DNA of 64,000 bases from an uncultured Eubacteriales bacterium (GTDB taxonomy: Bacteria; Bacillota; Clostridia; HGM11514): positions 17,813 through 81,812 of the forward strand of contig CABUMF010000004.1 in NCBI GenBank assembly GCA_902492655.1, given 5' to 3'. The position numbers and the translations under genes are program-made. Position 1 is the first letter of the stretch, and the number at the start of each line of letters is the position of its first letter. The notes beneath the pieces are model-generated. The model searched no databases. It was not told the origin of the DNA and was given only the letters and a program-made list of their open reading frames with translations. This document shows positions 57,140-64,000 of this stretch, one piece after another.

Positions 57140-58237
57140 TCAGTCTCCGAATACAAGCTTTACAAATTCTTCTGCAGAGCTTTCAATATCGTATTTATTA
57201 TCAATGAAGTCCTGCTTTGTATCTTTCCTTCCCGATGTATCAAGGTAGCATATGTAGTCCGCCCAGACAGAAGGATTATCTATAGGCAAATACTTAACAA
57301 GACCCGTAATGTCAGCTTCCTTTGTTATTTTGTCGGAAATGACACACGAAAGTCCCGTTGCCTGTGCTTCGATTACGGTATTGGGCATACCCTCAAAAAG
57401 AGAAGGAAACACGAAAACATCCATAGCCGACAAAACAGACGGAACATCGGAACGCACACCGGTAAATATAATACTATCCGAAATGCCAAGTGCTTCAGCC
57501 TTTGCTTTTACTTTATCTTGAAGCTCGCCGTTTCCGACAAGCAATAAAACCGAATTTGAATTTTTCTTCAAAACCCGACTAAAAACATCAATCAGAAATC
57601 CGTGATTTTTCTGTTCCATAAATCTTCCGACATGTCCGAGCAAAAGGGTATTGTCAGAAATTCCGAATTCATTTCTTATTCTGCTTCTTTCTTCGGCATC
57701 ATACTTGAAAACATTTATATCAACCGCATTATGCAAAATGTTGACCCTTCCTGCCTTGTAAGCTCGCTTTCCGAAGGTGTACTCTGCCGCCAAATCCGAA
57801 GGCGAAATCATTGTATCTATATATTTTTGATACAACCGTCTTCCGATATGATGAAGAATACACCCTGTAATCCCTTCGCTGTTACCTGCATTTGTAGCTC
57901 TCAGTGCACAGTGCCTTGCACCTGCGTTCTTTGCGATTTTAACATCCATAAATCCGTAACCGTTAGAGGACAATCTAAGAACATATTCGTATTTTTCATT
58001 TGAAATAAGCTCAAAAAGCTTTGTTTTGAATTCGGATAATGACTTACTTTTGGGCGGTACATAAAAAATTTTTCCGCCCAAAGACCTTATTTCGTCATCA
58101 TAAAAGCACTTTTCTTTGACATTGATACAAAAATCCATTTGGTATTTTGTTTTGTCAATGGTACGGTATATTTTCATCAAAAAGGTTTCCGCACCACCTG
58201 AATTCATACTGCTGAGTATGCATAAAACTCTTTTCAT
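57140..58237 (-). CDS. Glycosyltransferase family 4
   Basis: N-terminal SSMNSGGAE and C-terminal FVFPSLFEGMPNTVIEAQATGLSCVISD (E-x7-E). Confidence 0.85.
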   Translation of the reverse strand: MKRVLCILSSMNSGGAETFLMKIYRTIDKTKYQMDFCINVKEKCFYDDEIRSLGGKIFYVPPKSKSLSEFKTKLFELISNEKYEYVLRLSSNGYGFMDVKIAKNAGARHCALRATNAGNSEGITGCILHHIGRRLYQKYIDTMISPSDLAAEYTFGKRAYKAGRVNILHNAVDINVFKYDAEERSRIRNEFGISDNTLLLGHVGRFMEQKNHGFLIDVFSRVLKKNSNSVLLLVGNGELQDKVKAKAEALGISDSIIFTGVRSDVPSVLSAMDVFVFPSLFEGMPNTVIEAQATGLSCVISDKITKEADITGLVKYLPIDNPSVWADYICYLDTSGRKDTKQDFIDNKYDIESSAEEFVKLVFGD

Positions 58238-58249
58238 ATCGTCCCTCCG

Positions 58250-59284
58250 CTAACAATCAAGCTTGTCTAATATTATCTTCATAACTACATCAGGACTGTA
58301 CTTTTTGTACTCATCAATACAAGCGCATTTCATTCGGTACAAATTAACTTTATTTTCATAAATGGAGTTAATAATATTTTTTATGCAATCAGAAGAATTA
58401 CCTTCATATACAAACCCTGTTACACCTTCTGTTATCAACTCTTTTGATGTTTCACTACTCTTAGCAATTATCGGAATACCGGAAGCGAAAGCATCCAAAA
58501 AAGTGCCTGGAAATCCCTCTCCTTCCCAATATGAAGGAAACAAAAGCAAATCAAATTTAGACAGGATTTCAACACTTTTGTTAAAATCAACAATTCCGCC
58601 GTACTCTATATATTCCGGAAAAGCTTTTGAAAGCTCGGAAAATCTTTCTTTATACCCCGGATCTATCTGACCGAAAATCGACAAACTGCACTTTTTGCCG
58701 CTGGCATTAAGTATTCTTACTGCCTCGATTGCATCTTCAATCCCTTTTTCTTTCATTACCCTTGAAAATGTACATAACTTAAGAACTTCATTGTCGGATA
58801 TTTGTATTTCACTTTTATCAAGAGCGGTTATTTCCTTAAAATTTGGCAAAACCTCAACATTTTTAAGTCCTATTGCTTCAAGCTTTTTCTTTACCGAATT
58901 AAGCTCAATCCAATTCACCTTGAAACTGTTAAGATACCTAACCCAAGACTTGTTCTCCGAAATCAGCTCCGGCAAATTACCACCGATTATATCGTGGTAC
59001 ACATTCTTTCTAAATACCTTCGCAAAAAAGCATAAAAGCGGAAAATACACCTTCATACCGTTATGGGACAGTAATACTATCAAATCTTTACAAACAAGCG
59101 AATTCTTTACTGTATCGAACAAAAGCTTAAGCTTATTGGTATTATTGTAATATGTATCGACAATTCTGATGTCAAATATCCCTGTTTTTTTTAATTCTTC
59201 ATACAATGTAACCGTTTTTACCGTCTGACCGTCAAAAAAATTATTCCCGCCACCGAAATGACCTATTATTGCAAGCTTTCTCAT
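58250..59284 (-). CDS. Glycosyltransferase family 4-like
   Basis: IIGHFGGGNNFFDGQTVKT and LLLFPSYWEGEGFPGTFLDAFASGIPIIA motifs of GT-B retaining glycosyltransferases. Confidence 0.75.
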   Translation of the reverse strand: MRKLAIIGHFGGGNNFFDGQTVKTVTLYEELKKTGIFDIRIVDTYYNNTNKLKLLFDTVKNSLVCKDLIVLLSHNGMKVYFPLLCFFAKVFRKNVYHDIIGGNLPELISENKSWVRYLNSFKVNWIELNSVKKKLEAIGLKNVEVLPNFKEITALDKSEIQISDNEVLKLCTFSRVMKEKGIEDAIEAVRILNASGKKCSLSIFGQIDPGYKERFSELSKAFPEYIEYGGIVDFNKSVEILSKFDLLLFPSYWEGEGFPGTFLDAFASGIPIIAKSSETSKELITEGVTGFVYEGNSSDCIKNIINSIYENKVNLYRMKCACIDEYKKYSPDVVMKIILDKLDC

Positions 59285-59285
59285 A

Positions 59286-60176
59286 TTATATCACCGTAAT
59301 ATCCAAGTTATCACCGATAATCTTATCATATTCCTTTGGACTTATTTTCATCATTCCTCCGCAAGGCGTAAAAGTCAATTCGCTGAAATATATCTTGTTG
59401 TTGTTTTCAAAGAGGTCAACTCTGACAAATGGGAAATCGTTAGCAAATCTTTGCGACACTCTTAACATTTCTTCATATTGTTTAGGTAATTTCGCATCCG
59501 TAAATTCAGGATAGTCGGTTCTTCTGAAAGGTGCCTTATTTCCATCTTTGTCAAAAAATGATATAGATTCATTAATACCCTCGCCAAACCCTTGAGCAAT
59601 GTACATGAACTGATATTTTTTATTGAAAAAGTAAAACTTATAGTCAACCATATTGCCGCCCAAAAACTTTTCACAAATTATTCTCGGCTTAATTTCACTG
59701 TAGTGAGGTTCTATGTTAAACTTACCGAAATCCTCCTTCATCCAGGCATTTAACTTATTTTTAGTAACCTTTTCATCTAACTTGGACTTATCCGGACAAA
59801 TAATGTTATAGCCGCATCCATGAGTACATTTAAGCACAAACTGTTCGGGAAGTTCCGACCAATTTATGTCATCGGCATTATCCCACACTCCGTATAAATC
59901 GTTCAAAAGCTCCTCAAATCCGCATGATTTCACATACTCTCTTACCGCATATTTATCGGCACACTGAATTGCAAGCTTATTTTTCGGCCATTCATAAAGC
60001 TTGAGCCATTGGACTTTCTCGTTAAAAGTTTTCGGATTATCCAAATGTAATGTTTCACCCAAAACAATTTTATAATAAATCTTTGACAGGGTTTCTTTGG
60101 ATAAAATATTGGTTGCGACAACCTGCGCCTTTCTTCTGATTTTATAAAATATACTTTTACTCATTCTTTTCTCCAA
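59286..60176 (-). CDS. ATP-grasp amidoligase, TupA-like (second copy)
   Basis: LDNPKTFNEKVQWLKLYEW hallmark; divergent paralog of the first ATP-grasp gene. Confidence 0.75.
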   Translation of the reverse strand: MEKRMSKSIFYKIRRKAQVVATNILSKETLSKIYYKIVLGETLHLDNPKTFNEKVQWLKLYEWPKNKLAIQCADKYAVREYVKSCGFEELLNDLYGVWDNADDINWSELPEQFVLKCTHGCGYNIICPDKSKLDEKVTKNKLNAWMKEDFGKFNIEPHYSEIKPRIICEKFLGGNMVDYKFYFFNKKYQFMYIAQGFGEGINESISFFDKDGNKAPFRRTDYPEFTDAKLPKQYEEMLRVSQRFANDFPFVRVDLFENNNKIYFSELTFTPCGGMMKISPKEYDKIIGDNLDITVI

Positions 60177-60180
60177 TTTT

Positions 60181-60927
60181 TCACTTTATCCTAAATACTT
60201 TCAAAAAGATCCACCAGCATATATGAAACACTGAACGAAATATACTTAAGTGCTCGATATTGCGATATAAAATCCAATGATATTGTATAAGTTTGAATTT
60301 ATTACTCGATATTGAATTCGGACGGATGCGATACTGTGCAAGGACTTCCGGCATTCCGTAAATATAGCGTTCCTTTTTCAGCATCAAAAGCCATAAAGCA
60401 TCGTCATTCCTTTTTCGGATGTTTGGAACTTCAAACTTACCCATCTTATCCACATTATACATAACCGTGGAATTGCCGACAGGACAATCTAAAAGAAGAC
60501 GGTTATAATCTGTTTTCTTAACGGTTTTGATGATTTTGCCGTTACATATTCCATTCTCATCAATCTGTTCATATTCGGTACAAGAAAAAGCATAGCCATT
60601 TTTATTCATAAAATTGAGCTGCTTCTCAAGTTTTTTCGGAAACCACAAATCATCACTGTCCAAAAATGCCATATATTCTCCGTTTGCAATCTTCATCGCT
60701 TCGGTACGGGCAATCGCAGCGCCCGAATTTTTTTCCAAGCAAAAATACTTTATTCTCGAATCAGAATAGTTTTTTACAACATCCGCGGTATTGTCGGTTG
60801 AACAATCATTGACAATTATCATTTCCCAATTTGTATATGTCTGGGAAATCACGGATTCTATTGTCTTTCCTAAAAACTCGGCACAATTATATGCCGGTGT
60901 AATAACAGATACCAAATCTTTAATCAT
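60181..60927 (-). CDS. Glycosyltransferase family 2
   Basis: VSVITPAYNCAEFL..NDCSTDNT..FLDSDDLW. Start MIKDLVS at 60927, 2 nt after the upstream stop. Confidence 0.85.
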   Translation of the reverse strand: MIKDLVSVITPAYNCAEFLGKTIESVISQTYTNWEMIIVNDCSTDNTADVVKNYSDSRIKYFCLEKNSGAAIARTEAMKIANGEYMAFLDSDDLWFPKKLEKQLNFMNKNGYAFSCTEYEQIDENGICNGKIIKTVKKTDYNRLLLDCPVGNSTVMYNVDKMGKFEVPNIRKRNDDALWLLMLKKERYIYGMPEVLAQYRIRPNSISSNKFKLIQYHWILYRNIEHLSIFRSVFHICWWIFLKVFRIK

Positions 60928-61660
60928 AACTATGTTCCTTTGATTTGTACTTTTTATTGAAGTCTCCCGAATATTCCTTACCGAGTACGGCAAAAACTGT
61001 CATAAACAAAATCTTTATATTGTAGAAAAAGCCGTATTGTGTTATTTCTTTCAAGTTATAGTACATTTTTACAGGCAAAATTTCTTTTACATATATGTCA
61101 TCGGCATTTCCGCTGCTTTTAAGAAGCCGAGCCTCATCCTTGTAATATATGCTTGCAAGGCTTGTAACGCCTGCCGGCAAAAGGAGCGTTGCCATCATTT
61201 CGTCAGAATAGTGCTTAACATATTTTGGGACCTCCGGTCTTGTGCCCACAAAGGTCATATCCCCCAAAAACACATTTATAAGCTGACTAATTTCATCAAG
61301 TCTGTATTTTCTTATTATCCTGCCGGTTTTTGTAATACGCATATCTCCGCTCACTGTTACAAGAGAACCTTTATCGGCGTCTTGCACCATAGAACGGAAT
61401 TTGAAAATCCTGAATTCCCTGTTATACTGCGTAACTCTTGTTTGACGATAAAAAACAGGACCTTTTGAATCAGCTTTTATTGCAATTGCAAGAATTAAAA
61501 AAACAGGAGAAAACACGATCAGCATAAACGATGATGCAATTATATCAAAAATCCTTATCGCAATCAATGAGATTTTTTTGCTGTTCAGAATATCATAATA
61601 CTCCTTGACGCTGTCGGTTTTAAGTTCTTCCGGAAGTTCGTCCCAATTTCTAAGTATCAT
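60920..61660 (-). CDS. Initiating polyprenyl-phosphate sugar-phosphate transferase (bacterial sugar transferase, PglC/WbaP C-terminal type)
   Basis: Single N-terminal TM plus conserved KGPVFYRQTRV...FRIFKFRSM and GDMTFVGTRP motifs. Confidence 0.85.
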   Translation of the reverse strand: MILRNWDELPEELKTDSVKEYYDILNSKKISLIAIRIFDIIASSFMLIVFSPVFLILAIAIKADSKGPVFYRQTRVTQYNREFRIFKFRSMVQDADKGSLVTVSGDMRITKTGRIIRKYRLDEISQLINVFLGDMTFVGTRPEVPKYVKHYSDEMMATLLLPAGVTSLASIYYKDEARLLKSSGNADDIYVKEILPVKMYYNLKEITQYGFFYNIKILFMTVFAVLGKEYSGDFNKKYKSKEHSYD

Positions 61661-62859
61661 ATGTATTCCCTCAAAATCTCTGCGAAATTGTCTACGGTAT
61701 AGCTGACCATTTCATCTGTCAAACAGGTATGAAGCGGCAGAGTAATCTCATTTTCAAAATGCTTGCAGGCATTCGGGAAATCAATTATATCAAATCCCAT
61801 ATTTTTATATGCCGTAAGCATCGGCAAGGGTTTATAATGAACATTGCAAGCAATATCTCTCTCCGCCATTTTTATAATTATTTCATTTCTTTGAAAAGCT
61901 GTAATACCGGGAATTCTTGTAATATAAAGATGTCCCGAAGACTTATGTTCACATGAGTAATGAGGAAGAACTTCCACTCCCATAGGTTTTAACACAGAGT
62001 CGTATTGTCCTATAATCTGCTTTCTGCGATTTAACATACCGTCATAGCGTTCAAGTTGTTTCAGACCGACAGCAGCCGCCATGTCCGTCATGTTACACTT
62101 GTACCACGGCCCTATAACATCATATTCCCACGCACCGGGCTTGGTTTTTGAAAAAGCATCCTTAGATTGACCGTGAAGCGAAAACAACTGAAGCTGTTTA
62201 TATATTTCTTCATCATCAAAGCAAGAAGGCAAATTCCATGCAAGACATCCGCCTTCTGCCGTTGTAAGATTCTTTACTGCATGAAAACTAAAGCTTGAAA
62301 AATCTGCAACAGCACCCGTTTTGATTCCATGATACTCAGCGCCGAAAGCGTGAGCGGTATCGGAAAGCACCGCAATCCTCCCGAGCATTTCCTGATACTT
62401 CGTGGAAGGCTTAAACTTATGCTTGACACTGTTAACCAATTCAAAAATTCTTTTATAGTCGCACGGAACACCACCAAGATCTACCGGTATAATTGCCTTT
62501 GTTTTTTCCGTAACTGCTTTTTCCGCTGCGTCATAGTCCATCTCAAAACTGTCGGGCTGTGTGTCGACAAGTACAAGCTTAGCTCCCACATGGCAAACAA
62601 CGGAAGCTGTCGCTGTATATGTATATGCGGTGGTTATAACCTCATCTCCCGCATCTATTCCCAGAAGTCTCAAAGCCAATTCCGAGCATGCTGTCTGAGA
62701 ATTAAGACACACGCACCTATTAATATTCAAATACTCGGCAATTTTCTTTTCAAAAAGCTTGGTTTTAGGGCCGGTCGTAATCCAACCGGTTCTCATCGTA
62801 TCCGTCAACTCAACTATTTCCGCTTCTGTTATATCCGGCGGCGAAAACGGTATTTTCAT
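61657..62859 (-). CDS. DegT/DnrJ/EryC1/StrS-family PLP-dependent sugar aminotransferase
   Basis: PLP-lysine motif SFSFHAVKNL, DegT fold. Start MKIPFS at 62859 (GGGGTG upstream). Confidence 0.85.
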   Translation of the reverse strand: MKIPFSPPDITEAEIVELTDTMRTGWITTGPKTKLFEKKIAEYLNINRCVCLNSQTACSELALRLLGIDAGDEVITTAYTYTATASVVCHVGAKLVLVDTQPDSFEMDYDAAEKAVTEKTKAIIPVDLGGVPCDYKRIFELVNSVKHKFKPSTKYQEMLGRIAVLSDTAHAFGAEYHGIKTGAVADFSSFSFHAVKNLTTAEGGCLAWNLPSCFDDEEIYKQLQLFSLHGQSKDAFSKTKPGAWEYDVIGPWYKCNMTDMAAAVGLKQLERYDGMLNRRKQIIGQYDSVLKPMGVEVLPHYSCEHKSSGHLYITRIPGITAFQRNEIIIKMAERDIACNVHYKPLPMLTAYKNMGFDIIDFPNACKHFENEITLPLHTCLTDEMVSYTVDNFAEILREYI

Positions 62860-62884
62860 CAAGTGCACCCCATTTTGTTTTATG

Positions 62885-64000
62885 CTAAAACTCTAACGGT
62901 AAAAATCCTGTTGTAAGGCTCAAAAAATCTTCCCAAATAAATACTTTCCCTTTATCGGGTTCATCGGAGCAGGAAAATTCGGCTAAGAAGCTTTCGGTTT
63001 GCGGAGTACAGCTGATGACCTTAACCCCCACAAGCTTATTTCCCTTGTATGCGGCACAAATTATTTTTTTGTTCCTGCCGAATTCAACATCGCCGCAAAT
63101 TTCAATATCAGTTCCTGCCTTTTGGTAAGAAACTCCCGATATTGATTCAAATTTCAGGCTTGCGCTAAACGGCACAATTGTTACATCTGCGGAATCCGTA
63201 TCACTTCCGAGATAAAGTTCCGAAACAAAGTTGTCTAAAACAATATCGCCCTTATTCATGATAAACAGCCGTAATTTAAACAGCTCGGCTGATTCGCCGC
63301 CAATTAAAACTCCCGTACTCTCATACGCCGCCTTAGGCTTAATCACAACCTTTATTGTCCCTTCGGAAATATTGACAGATGACTTTTCGGCATCAATTTC
63401 CAGCTTATCGGAAACAAGACTGTGAACACAGTTTAATACATTTTCGGACATATACCCGTCCATATCCACAAAGCAAGCCTTGCTCTCGTCAATGTCGAGC
63501 TCAAATGTTCCTCCGAAGAAGGTTGACGCGGTCATTTCAGAAGCACAGAAGCTGATGTCGTAAATATTTCCGGCATAAAGGGTTTCGACTTCCGTCCCGT
63601 CGGAATATGCCTTAAGTGACATTTTAAGCTTTCCTGCGGACATAGCATTCCAAACAGCCTTCAAGGTTACACTTTCTGAAAAAGCAACCTTTTGTCCGGG
63701 AACATATACGGCTTCATCAAGCGTCCATCCGCCGAAAAGGAAACCTGATTTTACAGGTATCTGCTCGGGAAGCGTAAACTCCGCTCCGTTTTTAACCGTC
63801 ATCGCAGAAGGTGCTACGCTTCCGCCGTCAGCATCGAATCTGACTGTAATCGCGGTGCTTCCTAAGTACTGCACCTCTCCGGATGCGGTAGCTTTTAATG
63901 ATAATTTCTTATCGGTCACCGAATATGTATTTCCCCCATAAGAAAACATACCTAATTCGGAAGATACCTGTGAAAAATCAAAAGAAATCTCATCGTTAAG
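62885..64000 (-). CDS. Cell-surface protein with Listeria-Bacteroides (Flg_new) repeat; 5' end beyond window
   Basis: FDADGGSVAPSAMTVKNGAEFTLPEQIPVKSGFLFGGWT matches the Flg_new repeat. The reading frame stays open to the window end with no in-window stop upstream of the first Met. Confidence 0.6.
   Translation of the reverse strand, partial: LNDEISFDFSQVSSELGMFSYGGNTYSVTDKKLSLKATASGEVQYLGSTAITVRFDADGGSVAPSAMTVKNGAEFTLPEQIPVKSGFLFGGWTLDEAVYVPGQKVAFSESVTLKAVWNAMSAGKLKMSLKAYSDGTEVETLYAGNIYDISFCASEMTASTFFGGTFELDIDESKACFVDMDGYMSENVLNCVHSLVSDKLEIDAEKSSVNISEGTIKVVIKPKAAYESTGVLIGGESAELFKLRLFIMNKGDIVLDNFVSELYLGSDTDSADVTIVPFSASLKFESISGVSYQKAGTDIEICGDVEFGRNKKIICAAYKGNKLVGVKVISCTPQTESFLAEFSCSDEPDKGKVFIWEDFLSLTTGFLPLEF

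Noticed and set aside
58695-59150. 151-aa plus-strand ORF
   Set aside because: Antisense to the GT4 glycosyltransferase, in a low-GC region prone to spurious ORFs.
1-64000. CRISPR arrays, IS elements, transposases, integrases, prophage genes, toxin-antitoxin pairs
   Set aside because: No repeat-spacer periodicity, no recognisable transposase or integrase motifs, and no phage structural genes. The sigma-r4-like gene is the only phage-like element and is isolated.

Overview
This 64-kb window looks like a low-GC Firmicutes (Clostridia-like) chromosome with dense, mostly housekeeping coding and clean TTGACA/TATAAT sigma-A promoters. I see no CRISPR array, transposase, integrase or prophage signature. 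TTG and GTG start codons are common, and many adjacent genes overlap their stop and start codons (GTGA/ATGA).

Left to right:
- A partial AGCS sodium:alanine/glycine symporter runs off the left edge. A tandem glycine riboswitch sits in its leader; it is absent from the ORF track because it is an RNA.
- A heterodimeric ABC exporter pair follows, then a tandem HD-domain protein and an AMP-dependent acyl-CoA synthetase.
- A thioredoxin gene lies in an operon with a small protein resembling the catalytic subunit of ferredoxin-thioredoxin reductase.
- Next are a HAD hydrolase and a GH3 hexosaminidase.
- The recJ-relA-MBL-radical SAM (HemN/HemW-like) block follows, plus a PHP-domain protein and an odd Cys/Met/Tyr/Pro-rich ~70-aa peptide.
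- The complete spoIIIAA-AH sporulation operon is followed by an Asp23-family gene, the same order as downstream of B. subtilis spoIIIAH.
- A DMT transporter is followed by an orphan L-rhamnose isomerase.
- A SpoIID-like enzyme carries three peptidoglycan-binding repeats.
- An ApbE flavin transferase is translationally coupled to a Cas4-like Cys-cluster protein (DUF2779-like).
- A seven-gene minus-strand operon encodes a fructose-family PTS with its own Enzyme I and HPr plus two class II aldolases. It has no sugar kinase and no classical regulator.
- A sigma-70 region-4-like small regulator lies just upstream of that operon.
- After rarA and an M23 peptidase comes a single tRNA-Leu(CAG) with promoter and terminator.
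- Then a DUF554 protein, a GH127-like arabinofuranosidase with an AraC regulator, and RNase Z next to the CCA-adding enzyme.
- A galactokinase-like sugar-1-kinase is paired with an NDP-sugar pyrophosphorylase.

The most interesting region is 50.1-62.9 kb. It is a lower-GC surface-polysaccharide locus, all on the minus strand:
- Its edge carries a LicD pseudogene with an in-frame TAA nonsense codon and a 3' truncation.
- It encodes a Wzx flippase, a Wzy polymerase and four glycosyltransferases.
- It also has a DegT-type aminotransferase and a PglC/WbaP-like initiating sugar transferase.
- It contains two TupA-like ATP-grasp amidoligases, a CapA-like protein, and an AlaDH/PNT-family enzyme resembling N5-(carboxyethyl)ornithine (opine) synthase.
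- Together these suggest a glycan decorated with amide-linked amino acids and possibly N-(1-carboxyethyl) opine-type groups, a teichuronopeptide-like polymer. This is my inference, not a database result.

A Flg_new-repeat surface protein lies upstream and runs off the right edge.
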